This document shows positions 1 through 9,170 of a DNA stretch of 64,000 bases, one piece after another. The DNA comes from an uncultured Bacteroidales bacterium (GTDB taxonomy: Bacteria; Bacteroidota; Bacteroidia; Bacteroidales; P3). The position numbers and the translations under genes are program-made. The notes under the pieces were generated by a model that was given only the letters and a program-made list of their open reading frames with translations, was not told the DNA's origin and ran no database searches. The stretch covers positions 345-64,344 of the forward strand of contig ONFR01000020.1 of the NCBI GenBank assembly GCA_900317125.1. Reading direction: 5' to 3'. Each line of letters starts with the position of its first letter. Positions within the stretch are counted from its first letter, which is position 1.

Positions 1-1
1 C

Positions 2-1081
2 AGTATCTTATTATCCCTATTGCTGCTCACTCTGCCACTGATGGCGCAGGTGCAGACCTTCGAATGGCAGGGGAAACAGCGACAATATCTTGCCAAATCA
101 CCTGCCGGGCAGACTGGGAGCGTCCCTGTCCTTTTCTTCCTCCATGGCTTAGGCGACAATATCACCCGTCTGGACAACGAGTTTCACTTCCAACAGATAG
201 CTGACAGATTCGGTTGGATAGTCGTTGTGCCCCAGGCACTGAACGAAGGCTACGGGACGATGTGGAATGCCGGGTTGATGAACAGCAGCACCGACGATGC
301 CGGCTTCCTGCTGGCCCTCCTCGACACTTTGGCCGCAAGAAGTTCGGTAAATCTCGACAGCGCCTTCTTCACGGGTTTCTCAATGGGAGGTTTTATGACA
401 CACCGCATGGCCATCGAGCATGGCGACCGCATCACGGCCTGTGCCCCCGTCAGCGGTCTGATAACCCACTCACTGTCCAACCGCCAGGCTGTCGCACCTG
501 TTAAAATGCTGCATATCCACGGCACCGCCGACCCTGTGGTGGGCTACGACGGGAACTCACAGTATTTTGGTGGAAACCTCGGACTCGGCGTAGAAGCTAT
601 ACTTGACTACTGGCAAGCAGCCGACAACTGCACCGACGAGCCCGTTATCGACACCTTTCCCGACCTGCGAAACGACGGGTTGCGCTTTATCCGCTACAAC
701 TATCAAGGCGATGCACCCCTTCAGCACATCAAAGTGATTGGCGGCAATCACACCTGGTACCACAGCGAAGAGCAGTACGACATCGGTTACATGACCGAGA
801 TACACAAGTTCTTCACATCCAACAGCGGCGGGAATACGGGTATAACCGAACCCACTCAGAACACCCTTAGCCTCTGGCCCAATCCAACAACAGGCAGAAT
901 CACGGTCGCTCTGCCAGAAAAAAGTAACCTAGAAGTAATAGACATGCTCGGCCATATCGTAGCCACCTACCAGCTGCAGCCCGGCACACACCACCTTGAT
1001 CTCACCCACCTGACCAAAGGTCTATACCTCATAAAAGACAAAACCTCCGGCACCCAATCCAAGGTACTGAAAAGCCACTAA
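2..1081 (+). CDS. Secreted esterase of the PHB-depolymerase/CE1-like serine hydrolase family, with a C-terminal T9SS sorting domain. The 5' end is cut by the window edge.
   Basis: The frame is open back to base 2 and reads as a signal-peptide h-region (SILLSLLLLTLPLMAQ). It has 'LFFLHGLGDN' and the nucleophile elbow 'GFSMGG'. The last ~75 aa ('LSLWPNPTTGRITV...GLYLIKDK...') match the Por/T9SS C-terminal domain pattern. Confidence 0.7.
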   Translation, partial: SILLSLLLLTLPLMAQVQTFEWQGKQRQYLAKSPAGQTGSVPVLFFLHGLGDNITRLDNEFHFQQIADRFGWIVVVPQALNEGYGTMWNAGLMNSSTDDAGFLLALLDTLAARSSVNLDSAFFTGFSMGGFMTHRMAIEHGDRITACAPVSGLITHSLSNRQAVAPVKMLHIHGTADPVVGYDGNSQYFGGNLGLGVEAILDYWQAADNCTDEPVIDTFPDLRNDGLRFIRYNYQGDAPLQHIKVIGGNHTWYHSEEQYDIGYMTEIHKFFTSNSGGNTGITEPTQNTLSLWPNPTTGRITVALPEKSNLEVIDMLGHIVATYQLQPGTHHLDLTHLTKGLYLIKDKTSGTQSKVLKSH

Positions 1082-1322
1082 TCGGCCACAGAAGACATCC
1101 TGTCCGTTGAGACATTTATGTTACCCCTGTTTATGGTAATGACAAATCCAACAACTGTCACCGAAACCTGTCTATACATTTTCAGAAGCAGCTGTCACAC
1201 AGCCAAAAACAACCCAACACACATATCTTTATGCTGTGGGGTGCGAGACTTCCCATCGAGATAGCCAACAACAAATACGCACATCACATTATCTTTTTTT
1301 TTCACATATCAGTTTTTTTCTG

Positions 1323-1330
1323 TAATTTTG
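1323..1330 (+). promoter_or_regulatory. Bacteroidetes sigma-A -7 box (TAATTTTG) upstream of the AT-rich island operon
   Basis: Exact TAnnTTTG match in a T-rich context. The same GTAATTTTGCAACC string recurs at 36535. It lies ~300 nt upstream of the 1633 start codon. Confidence 0.45.
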
Positions 1331-1632
1331 CAACCGCTTACGCAAGTAAAGTAAGCAACTGCAAGAAAAGCATTGCAACATTGTCCTTTGTTAGAAATTT
1401 GGCAAAGTTTCAAGAGGAGGGATGAGCATTTTGCTTTCGCTTGTTGTGTATGCAATTGGCTCTCACGCCAACGGCATATCTTCAGGCGTGAGATATGTTC
1501 CATTAAATCCGTTTCCTCAAAGGTACTTGCCAAAACCTCTAACAAAACGGACATGAGCACATAAGTCTCATGCCTTTCTTTATTGTATAAACCGCCTTAT
1601 GGAGACTTGGGGCAGGAAAACGGCTGAGTATT

Positions 1633-2406
1633 ATGCCACAAGAAAATGAAAATGAAATTCGTTACTTTCATATAATGGAAGGGGTCGGAATTAATAGCGA
1701 AACAAAGATTTGCCAGTATTTAGATTTAAAGTATTTAATGAAAATACTGAATGAGGAGTCGTACTATGTAAAAAGGAAAAAGTTCTTTGTTGATGATCGT
1801 GAAAAAGACTTTCCTGAACTACTGCGTTTTGGTCTTGAACCAATGGACCCTGAATATAGAAAGGACCATGCCGCTGAGATTGCCAAACGACAAGCAGAAT
1901 GGGACAAAAGTGTTTCGCAATACAAAAAACAATCATACTTACTAACATCGTGTTGGACGGTAAGGACTATGGAGAATATTCTTATGTGGGATAGAGGTGC
2001 CAAAAGCAGAGCGTGCATCGTTTCAACAATAGGGGATTTTGTTGGTTCTTTTGAAAAAGACATAAACTATGAGATATGGTGTGGAAGAATGTTTTACGAG
2101 CCATTCTCAAAAGTCATCAAGTTTGAGAATAAGATTTGGGTAAAAGAGCCTTATTTTGCTGACGAAAACGAAATTCGTTTTTATTTCTCTTCAAGTTTTG
2201 AGAAAGTCGAGACCGACACCCCTAAAGAGAAAGAGTGTCCAGAAAAAGGTGTTTCTCTAAAAGTAACACCAAAACAAATGATGCGTGAAATAGTATTATC
2301 ACCTTACCTTGATAAGAAATGTGCTGAATCCCTGAGTAAGGCAATTACTGATAAATATCACATTAATGCAAGACTCTCTTTTTTAGATTTATCAAACAAA
2401 GAATAA
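1633..2406 (+). CDS. Hypothetical cytoplasmic protein, DUF2971-like
   Basis: 257-aa ORF with AT-rich codon usage unlike the flanks. 'YLDLKYLMKIL...FFVDDRE' and 'LTSCWT...ENILMWDRGA..ACIV' resemble the DUF2971 motif pattern as remembered. No signal peptide. The family assignment is tentative. Confidence 0.55.
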   Translation: MPQENENEIRYFHIMEGVGINSETKICQYLDLKYLMKILNEESYYVKRKKFFVDDREKDFPELLRFGLEPMDPEYRKDHAAEIAKRQAEWDKSVSQYKKQSYLLTSCWTVRTMENILMWDRGAKSRACIVSTIGDFVGSFEKDINYEIWCGRMFYEPFSKVIKFENKIWVKEPYFADENEIRFYFSSSFEKVETDTPKEKECPEKGVSLKVTPKQMMREIVLSPYLDKKCAESLSKAITDKYHINARLSFLDLSNKE

Positions 2407-2407
2407 T

Positions 2408-3814
2408 ATGAAGAAATTTTCAGTAATTTTGATTGCGCTGTGCGCGATAATTGTTGTTTCTTGTCAGAGCGATACGGACAAGGCCGACAAGTTTAGGTTA
2501 AATAATGAGTTTGGCAAGGCTGCCGAGTTGTACAAAAAAGCTGCTGCGGAAGGGGATGCATACGCCATGTGGCGATTGGCTTATGCTTACAGCAATGGCG
2601 ATGGTGTGGAATATAATGAAGAGAAAGCTTTGGATTACTTGAAACGTGCTGCCGATGCTGGGTGTGAAGAGGCTGAATGCGACTTGGCAAGAGCGTACAT
2701 ATTCAATTGGCTCGATATTGGCACAGACAAAAAGAAAGGCAAAACTATGATGGATGCACTTATGGAAAGAACGAACAATTCTTATGTTATGGCAAACTAT
2801 GCCGCTTTGCTGTGGGACGGTGATGAACCATACAATGAGGACAAAGACAGAGCTTTGGAAATTTTGGATAACATCAAAGACAAAGATGAACCCTTATACC
2901 TTGGATTTATAGCCGGTGTGAACTTGTTAGGAACCAGTAAAATCATCCCTAACATATACAAAGCAATAGATTATTATAAAAGGGCATTTCGTTATGGCCA
3001 CAGGTATTGTGCATATATGTTGTATCTTTGTTATATTCAAAATAATGATGACTTAGAAGCGGATACAACAGAAGCATTGGAATGGTTGCAAAAAGGCATC
3101 GAGGCGAATCAGACTAAATGCATGATTGAGATGGCGGATATTTATTTCTCAGACGACAGTGCTTTTCAAAAATACCACAATGTGTCGCGCGGTATTGAAC
3201 TACTGAAAGTTGCAGCAAGGCACGGTTCGTCTGAAGCATACCTAAGACTGGGTATTGTAAACTATGGGGGCCAGCATGTTGATAAAGATGATGATAAAGC
3301 ATTTGAATATATGGAAAAGGCTGCCAAGATGAGAAACGCAGTTGGTGCATGCGATTTGGGATGGTACTATATACTAGGCACCGGTTGCGAGAAGGATGTA
3401 GAAAAAGGTATAGAGACATGGAAAAAAGCCGTAGAATATGGTAGTGCGCCTGCCGCAAATAATCTGTTTGTGTACTATCATGGCGGCGGTTCAAATATCC
3501 CTGCTGGACCAAGGGACAATGACTTAGCCAAAGATTATTTGCTTAAAGCAGCAAAGATGGGAGATGAATATGCCTGCTACAGCCTCGGAGAACAATACTT
3601 CATGGGGAATGATTTGGTTGAGCAGAACACTTATTTAGCATTCTTATACACAAAAAAAGCTGCAGATGCCGGGTTGGTTAATGCCTGTAATACAATGGTA
3701 TACTTATACAGTGAGGGCATTGGTTGTGACAAGAATCCCGATAAGGCTCGTGAGTATGAAAACAAGACAAAAGCGAAGGAGGATCTTGAAAAGGAAAAGC
3801 AGATTGAAAAATAA
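2408..3814 (+). CDS. Sel1-like repeat (SLR) lipoprotein
   Basis: Starts 1 nt after the previous stop codon. Lipoprotein signal 'ILIALCAIIVVSC'. Many Sel1 repeats, e.g. 'AAEGDAYAMWRLAYAYSNGDGVEYNEEKALDYLKRAADAG' and 'AARHGSSEAYLRLGIVNYGG'. Confidence 0.8.
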   Translation: MKKFSVILIALCAIIVVSCQSDTDKADKFRLNNEFGKAAELYKKAAAEGDAYAMWRLAYAYSNGDGVEYNEEKALDYLKRAADAGCEEAECDLARAYIFNWLDIGTDKKKGKTMMDALMERTNNSYVMANYAALLWDGDEPYNEDKDRALEILDNIKDKDEPLYLGFIAGVNLLGTSKIIPNIYKAIDYYKRAFRYGHRYCAYMLYLCYIQNNDDLEADTTEALEWLQKGIEANQTKCMIEMADIYFSDDSAFQKYHNVSRGIELLKVAARHGSSEAYLRLGIVNYGGQHVDKDDDKAFEYMEKAAKMRNAVGACDLGWYYILGTGCEKDVEKGIETWKKAVEYGSAPAANNLFVYYHGGGSNIPAGPRDNDLAKDYLLKAAKMGDEYACYSLGEQYFMGNDLVEQNTYLAFLYTKKAADAGLVNACNTMVYLYSEGIGCDKNPDKAREYENKTKAKEDLEKEKQIEK

Positions 3815-3834
3815 TGGCTCAATAAGTCGTAATA

Positions 3835-3877
3835 AAGCAAAGGGCACTGCAAGGACAGCCTGCAGCGTCCTTTGCTT
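3835..3877 (+). terminator. Hairpin downstream of the SLR gene (possible terminator)
   Basis: Perfect 9-bp stem AAGCAAAGG / CCTTTGCTT with an inner CTGCA/TGCAG pairing. No clean T-tract follows. Confidence 0.35.
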
Positions 3878-3880
3878 ATA

Positions 3881-4069
3881 TTAGTATAAAAAACCGAACA
3901 TCCAGAGGGGGATGTTATGGAGAGAGGCTTGCTCGATGTCATCTCTCACAACGTAGGCTTTCGCGGGGTCCATCGTAGCAACTTGTCGGCGGGTTTTGTT
4001 TTTCCCACCTATCTCAAAAGTATATCCGTCAACCTCAAAGGGTTTCCATAATACTATTTTTCGATGCAA
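3881..4069 (-). pseudogene. C-terminal remnant of an AAA-ATPase (DUF4143-type ATP-binding protein)
   Basis: Only ~60 codons remain ('...FEIGGKNKTRRQ...VVRDDIE...IPLWMFGFLY'). They resemble the conserved C-terminus of Bacteroidales DUF4143 ATPases. There is no ATG, only a TTG, and no N-terminal ATPase domain. Confidence 0.4.
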
Positions 4070-4180
4070 AGATACGAATAATAATCAAAACTGCACACTC
4101 TACAGTGCAGTTTTTTGCTGTTTTTGCACGATAGAGGATGCAGATTTATCAGGAATACCTGCTACTGACAGACCAAACAA

Positions 4181-4212
4181 AAAAACGTTGCGGCGACTGC
4201 TGCAACGTTTTT
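4181..4212 (-). terminator. Rho-independent terminator of tRNA-Ser
   Basis: On the minus strand the sequence reads AAAAACGTTGC-loop-GCAACGTTTTT followed by TTGTTT. It lies immediately 3' of the tRNA. A second bidirectional hairpin sits at 4087-4116. Confidence 0.55.
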
Positions 4213-4219
4213 CTTTGAG

Positions 4220-4307
4220 CGGAAAGGAAGGGATTCGAACCCTTGAAGCGCTTTTAACGCTTACTCGCTTTCCAGGCGGGCCTCTTCAACCACTCGAGCA
4301 CCTTTCC
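4220..4307 (-). tRNA. tRNA-Ser (anticodon GGA)
   Basis: Hand-folded cloverleaf. Acceptor stem GGAAAGG/CCTTTCC, 3-bp D stem, anticodon loop CTGGAAA, long variable arm (AAGCG/CGCTT), T arm AAGGG-TTCGAAT-CCCTT and discriminator G. CCA is not encoded. Confidence 0.9.
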
Positions 4308-4359
4308 GTGAGTTGATTTTTGCATGTTGGGGAGCGTTTTCCCCTTTCGAAATCGGGTG

Positions 4360-4367
4360 CAAAAGTA
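4360..4367 (-). promoter_or_regulatory. -7 box (TACTTTTG on the minus strand) for tRNA-Ser
   Basis: Plus-strand CAAAAGTA is the reverse complement of a TAnnTTTG match, ~55 nt upstream of the tRNA 5' end. Confidence 0.4.
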
Positions 4368-4398
4368 CTACTTTTTTCGCAAATAACAAAAAAAAATG

Positions 4399-4406
4399 TA
4401 TTTTTG
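4399..4406 (+). promoter_or_regulatory. -7 box (TATTTTTG) for the zinc hydrolase gene
   Basis: TAnnTTTG preceded by an A-run, 43 nt upstream of the ATG at 4449. Confidence 0.5.
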
Positions 4407-4448
4407 CATTCTAAGAACAATGGCAAGAACATAATAAAACTATTAAAA

Positions 4449-6083
4449 ATGAAAAGATTAGCAATTTCAATTATGACCATCACAATGCTCGCTGCAGTGG
4501 GTTGCAAGAGCAACAAAACGGAAGAAAAATCGGAAATTCAACAGAAAGTTGACGAGTATGCCGAGTTTACTTTGACCACCAATTTGAGCGTGCTGACGGA
4601 GAAGGAGAAACAGCTCCTGCCCGTTTTCATCCAGATTGCCGACATCATGGACGACCTGTACTGGGACCAGTACTTCGGCCCTGAGAACCGTGCCAACCTC
4701 GACACCATCACCGACCCTGCCGTGAAGGCATTCGCGATGATTCAATATGGTGCATGGGACCGTTTGGGTGAAGAGCGCCCCTTTATTCCCGGCTATGGCG
4801 AGCGTCCCGCTGGCTGCAATTTCTACCCTGTGGACATGACTGCCGAGGAGTATGACGCACTGGCCGACCCCGAGAAGAGCAGTCAGTACACCGTTATCCG
4901 CCGCGACGAGAACGGTGCCCTCAAGGTGGTGCCTTACCATGTGGAATATGCCGACCGACTGGCAAAGGTCGACAGCCTGATGGGTGTTGCCATCGACCTG
5001 GCTGAAGATGCCGGACTGAAAAAGTATCTCACCGAGCGCCGCAAAGCCTTGATGACCGACGATTACTATGCCAGCGACCTGGCCTGGATGGACATGAAGC
5101 AGAGCCGTCTTGACTTTGTCGTGGGGCCCATCGAGAACTACGACGATGCCCTCTATGGCAGCAAGACCTCTTACGAGTCGTTCATCCTGGTGAAGGATGA
5201 GAAATGGAGCAATGATTTGGCCAAGTTTGTCAAGATGCTGCCCCAGCTGCAGAACGACCTGCCCTGCGACCCCAAATATAAACCCGCTATGGCCGGTGCC
5301 GAGAGCGACCTGAATGTGTACGACGTGATTTACTATGCCGGTGACTGCAATGCGGGCTCGAAGACCATTGCCATCAATCTGCCCAACGATGAGCGCATCC
5401 ACAAAGAGAAAGGTGCCCGCCGTCTGCAGTTGAAGAACGCCATGCAGGCCAAGTTCGAGACCATCCTCAAACCCATCGCCGACCTGTTGATTGCCGACGA
5501 CCAACTCGACAATGTCAACTTCAATGCCTTCTTCAGCAATGTATGCTTCCACGAGGTGGCACACGGTCTGGGTATCAAAGAGACCGTCACCGACGGCAAG
5601 AGCCTCCGCGAGGCCCTGGGCAGCCAGTACAGCGCTTGGGAAGAGGCCAAGGCCGACATCTGCGGATTGTTCCTCACCACTCATCTGATTGAGATGGGCG
5701 AGATCACCAACTGCACCAAGGAGGACGCTTTCGTCACCTTCATCGCCGGTATCCTGCGCAGTGTACGCTTTGGAGCCACCGAGGCCCACGGTATTGCCAA
5801 CATGATGTGCTTCAACTACCTGCAGGACAATGGAGCTTTCACTCGCAACAGCGAAGGCAAATATGTCATCGACGTGAACAAGGCCGAAGAGGCAATGAAG
5901 AGCTGGGCTGCCCTCATCCTGAAAGTTGAAGGTGAAGGCGACATTGCCTTTGCCAAGAGCTATTCTGCCAAGAACGGCAAGATTCGTCCCGACCTGCAGA
6001 AGGACCTTGAGATGATCAGCACACACAATATCCCCCGCGACATACGCTACAACCAAGGTCTGAAAGCCTTGGGGCTGCAATAA
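4449..6083 (+). CDS. Zinc-dependent hydrolase lipoprotein, dipeptidyl-peptidase III (M49)-like family
   Basis: The start is set at 'MKRLAISIMTITMLAAVGC' (lipobox) because the promoter lies inside the longer ORF. It has the 'FHEVAHGLG' zinc motif plus a downstream 'EEAKAD' second motif, as in M49-like enzymes. Confidence 0.6.
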   Translation: MKRLAISIMTITMLAAVGCKSNKTEEKSEIQQKVDEYAEFTLTTNLSVLTEKEKQLLPVFIQIADIMDDLYWDQYFGPENRANLDTITDPAVKAFAMIQYGAWDRLGEERPFIPGYGERPAGCNFYPVDMTAEEYDALADPEKSSQYTVIRRDENGALKVVPYHVEYADRLAKVDSLMGVAIDLAEDAGLKKYLTERRKALMTDDYYASDLAWMDMKQSRLDFVVGPIENYDDALYGSKTSYESFILVKDEKWSNDLAKFVKMLPQLQNDLPCDPKYKPAMAGAESDLNVYDVIYYAGDCNAGSKTIAINLPNDERIHKEKGARRLQLKNAMQAKFETILKPIADLLIADDQLDNVNFNAFFSNVCFHEVAHGLGIKETVTDGKSLREALGSQYSAWEEAKADICGLFLTTHLIEMGEITNCTKEDAFVTFIAGILRSVRFGATEAHGIANMMCFNYLQDNGAFTRNSEGKYVIDVNKAEEAMKSWAALILKVEGEGDIAFAKSYSAKNGKIRPDLQKDLEMISTHNIPRDIRYNQGLKALGLQ

Positions 6084-6109
6084 GAACCCACACCTTAACA
6101 AGGCCACAA

Positions 6110-6151
6110 AGCCCGGATTCCACGACAGGGAGACCTGCGAGAGTCCGGGCT
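6110..6151 (+). terminator. Hairpin/terminator after the hydrolase gene
   Basis: AGCCCGGA ... TCCGGGCT stem followed by CTTCTTTT. The loop is long. Confidence 0.4.
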
Positions 6152-6274
6152 CTTCTTTTAACCCAAGGGGCCACCCTTGTCCGTGTTACCATTTTTTTGC
6201 CATTTTTCATCATAGTATCTCATCTATTCTATAAAAATATGGGCGAAAAAGATTCTTAATTTAAAAAAAAAATG

Positions 6275-6282
6275 TATCTTTG
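6275..6282 (+). promoter_or_regulatory. -7 box (TATCTTTG) of the glycan locus promoter
   Basis: A-run followed by TGTATCTTTGCA, ~178 nt upstream of upxY, leaving a long leader as is typical for UpxY-controlled loci. Confidence 0.55.
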
Positions 6283-6459
6283 CATTTAGGAATTTCGGTG
6301 CATTATTTCTATAATGGACAGAGATTTGGTGGATTACGCATTCTGCCCTTGGATAGGGGCAAGCGTTGAAGGGGTACGAAATAGCCCAAAATCTTCCAAG
6401 AGCTTCTTGCTGATGCAGGAGGGAGTGGAAGAATTGGCACAAAGAATGATAACAAAACA

Positions 6460-6990
6460 ATGGCTCATGCGGTGAACAATCAGGGAAATAATACAGTGAA
6501 TGACGAGACGAATACCAGGTGGTATGCCGCAAGGGTTCTGTACAACAGAGTCCGTCCGATACGCGACAGGTTGGCCACCGACAGAATCGAGTTCTTTGTG
6601 CCGGAGATAATAGGTTCCCTTGTGTTCATCAAAGCCACAAAAGAATATATCGGGACACTGGAGCAGGACTATTTCAACCGTATGTGGGTATACCGAGACC
6701 CTTTGACGAACACGCCTTCCCCCATTCCCGACAAGGAGATGGATGTATTCATCTTCGTATGCACAGCAGGTCGGCGTGGGTTGACCTTTCTGGGTGACGA
6801 CAAAGCGGAATATCACCGAGGCGACCGGGTGAGGGTGACCGACGGCCCGTTCAAAGGGGCAGAAGGCCATATCGTGAGGATTAAGAAAGACCGCCGCCTG
6901 GTGGTCACCATACGCGGAGTGGCAGCCGTGGCCACGACATTCATCCACCCTCAGTTCCTCGAGCCGGCACCAATGATCGAAAACGAATAA
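6460..6990 (+). CDS. upxY: UpxY-family (NusG-like) transcription antiterminator
   Basis: 'WYAARVLYNRVRPIRDRLATDRIEFFVPE' forms an NGN-like N-terminus and 'GDRVRVTDGPFKGAEGHIVRIKK' a KOW motif. It is the first gene of a polysaccharide locus. Confidence 0.8.
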   Translation: MAHAVNNQGNNTVNDETNTRWYAARVLYNRVRPIRDRLATDRIEFFVPEIIGSLVFIKATKEYIGTLEQDYFNRMWVYRDPLTNTPSPIPDKEMDVFIFVCTAGRRGLTFLGDDKAEYHRGDRVRVTDGPFKGAEGHIVRIKKDRRLVVTIRGVAAVATTFIHPQFLEPAPMIENE

Positions 6991-7046
6991 CTGACACACA
7001 CAACACGATATGGGCTGACATTTGTCAGTTGATTATTTAGAACGAT

Positions 7047-8231
7047 ATGAGAAAACCACTGTTCCCTCTCGACCCGATAAAAGCACGGTATTATTATCCG
7101 GGCAAGAATTTTACTGAGACGGGGAGTGAGGGATGCGATAAACTTGACCCAGAGACAATTGAGGACGAAGACGTAAAGCGGATGTTTCTGGAGGTAGAGA
7201 CAGAGCCAATCAAGCAGGTCTACCGTTGGATGATGGACCATCGCGACGACTTTGCTCCTACCACATTGGTGCTTGGACTGAAAAACAACGGCAGAGACCC
7301 TATCCCCGAACGCGAAAACGGGGAACTGTATCACGCCATCCTGGTCCAGCGCCCCTTGCACACGGTGTATGAGTTAGACATCTTCCTTGCCAATGTCAAC
7401 AGGCATTTGTCGGAGGGTGGCTATCTGGTGTGCAACTGCCGCACCTCATCGGTAAAGAAGGCCGTGATATACCGCAGCTACCCCAGAGGAATAAACAGGC
7501 TGTACTATGGGTTCCACTATGTGTGGCACCGTGTGTTTCCGAAGATAAAAGGTCTGAAAAACATCTATTTTGCTGTTACCAAAGGTCGCAACAGAACATT
7601 CCACCGAGTGGAGATTCTTGGAAGACTCTACCATGCAGGATTCGAAGTGGTGTATGAGAGCACTGCCCATGGCGAATTCAGGGTAATCGCCCGCAAAGCG
7701 AAAGACCCCATCACCGAAGGCACGCCGAGTTCATCGCCCATCGCCAAGCTGGAACGTGTGGGCAAAAACGGCAAGATTATCACTGTATACAAGTTTCGCA
7801 CGATGTATTCATACAGTGAATACCTGCAGGAATATGTCTACGAACACCGAAGGCTGGACAAAACAGGCAAGTTTTACCACGACTACAGGGTGAACACAAT
7901 GGGTGCCTTGCTCCGCAAAACCTGGCTGGACGAACTGCCGATGGTGGTGAATATGCTGAAAGGAGAGATGAAACTGGTGGGGGTGAGACCCCTGTCGCGA
8001 CAGTTTTTCAGCCTCTATACCCCCGAGATGCAGGAATTGCGCACCAAGACCAAACCCGGCCTGCTACCCCCGCTTTATTATGAGAAGGTGCAGCCTGACA
8101 CGCTGGAAGGCATCCAAGAGTCGGAACGACGCTATCTGGAAGCATACCTCAAACACCCTCTGCGCACAGACTGGAAGTACTTCTGGGGCATACTGGGCAA
8201 CATTTTTTTGAATCATAAACATTCACACTGA
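7047..8231 (+). CDS. Phosphoglycosyl (initiating sugar-phosphate) transferase catalytic domain fused to an N-terminal methyltransferase-like soluble domain
   Basis: The C-terminal half carries 'RVGKNGKIITVYKFRTM', 'LDELPMVVNMLKGEMKLVGVRPL' and 'KPGLLPP', the bacterial sugar transferase (PglC/WbaP-type) motifs. No hydrophobic helix is visible in the N-terminal ~220 aa. Confidence 0.7.
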   Translation: MRKPLFPLDPIKARYYYPGKNFTETGSEGCDKLDPETIEDEDVKRMFLEVETEPIKQVYRWMMDHRDDFAPTTLVLGLKNNGRDPIPERENGELYHAILVQRPLHTVYELDIFLANVNRHLSEGGYLVCNCRTSSVKKAVIYRSYPRGINRLYYGFHYVWHRVFPKIKGLKNIYFAVTKGRNRTFHRVEILGRLYHAGFEVVYESTAHGEFRVIARKAKDPITEGTPSSSPIAKLERVGKNGKIITVYKFRTMYSYSEYLQEYVYEHRRLDKTGKFYHDYRVNTMGALLRKTWLDELPMVVNMLKGEMKLVGVRPLSRQFFSLYTPEMQELRTKTKPGLLPPLYYEKVQPDTLEGIQESERRYLEAYLKHPLRTDWKYFWGILGNIFLNHKHSH

Positions 8232-8251
8232 TATTTTCATACCCTATTTAT

Positions 8252-9121
8252 ATGACTGAATCACAAGAGTGGACAACCGTCATCCAACCGAAAGATAAAT
8301 TATGGTCGGTTGACTTCAAGGAGTTGTGGGGCTACCGCGACCTGTATACCTTGTTCATCAAAAGGAACATTATCACCCAGTACAAGCAGACCATTCTAGG
8401 CACGATGTGGTTTGTGATACAACCCATCCTGACAGTGCTGATGTACATGGTAGTGTTTGGTGGCATCGCAGGAATCGCCACCGACGGTATACCCCAACCG
8501 CTGTTCTATCTGGCGGGCACATGTATGTGGCAGTACTTTTCCGACTGCCTGAGCAAGACTTCAAACACGTTTGTGACAAACAGCGGTCTGTTCGGCAAGG
8601 TGTATTTCCCGCGCCTGATAGTCCCCGTGGCCAATGTGACGTCGAACCTGTTGCGTTTCGGCATCCAACTGGGGCTCTTTGTGGTTGTATATATCGTCTA
8701 TAGCATCATCGGCTGCCCCGCCTCAATGAATTGGTACGCGCTACTCTTCCCTGTGCTTGTGTTGATGATGGCCGGTCTGTCCTTGGGATTCGGCATCCTG
8801 ATTTCAAGCATGACCACCAAGTACCGCGACCTGCAGATTCTGTTCACGTTCATTCTTCAGTTATGGATGTATGCAACGCCTATTGTCTACCCGCTCAGTC
8901 TGGTGAAAGGGAAAACCGCTGCAGGCATTGACCTTTACACTGTGATGCACCTTAATCCCGTGACCCCTGTACTCGAAACCTTCAAATACGGTGTACTGGG
9001 AGCAGGCGAGTTCATCGGCTGGGGCTGGCTTGCCTACAGTTTTGTGTTCATGGTAATCTTGCTGATATTCGGTGTGGTGATTTTCAACAAAACTCAGAAG
9101 AGTTTCATGGACACTGTCTAA
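8252..9121 (+). CDS. wzm: ABC-2 type polysaccharide export permease (Wzm-like)
   Basis: 289 aa with six hydrophobic segments and the N-terminal '[23 protein letters not shown]' ABC-2 signature. Confidence 0.75.
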   Translation: MTESQEWTTVIQPKDKLWSVDFKELWGYRDLYTLFIKRNIITQYKQTILGTMWFVIQPILTVLMYMVVFGGIAGIATDGIPQPLFYLAGTCMWQYFSDCLSKTSNTFVTNSGLFGKVYFPRLIVPVANVTSNLLRFGIQLGLFVVVYIVYSIIGCPASMNWYALLFPVLVLMMAGLSLGFGILISSMTTKYRDLQILFTFILQLWMYATPIVYPLSLVKGKTAAGIDLYTVMHLNPVTPVLETFKYGVLGAGEFIGWGWLAYSFVFMVILLIFGVVIFNKTQKSFMDTV

Positions 9122-9170
9122 CGTTTGCGAGAGTGAGAGAGTCCTCTATATTAATATTATATTGAGTGCG

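Noticed and set aside
1100-4220. Calling the AT-rich islet an intact integrative element or prophage
   Set aside because: The interval contains no integrase, no att-like duplication of the tRNA 3' end, and no phage or conjugation genes.
4467-6107. 546-aa ORF on the minus strand
   Set aside because: It is exactly antisense to the well-supported zinc hydrolase gene. Its composition is low-complexity and Gly/Val/Ala/Asp-rich, as expected from reading C-ending codons backwards. It has no recognisable motifs.
6084-6459. Invertible promoter upstream of upxY, as in Bacteroides fragilis capsule loci
   Set aside because: I looked for inverted repeats of 15 bp or more flanking the -7 box. Only short hairpins turned up (CAAGGG/CCCTTG and TGCCCTT/AGGGGCA). 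No recombinase gene is nearby.
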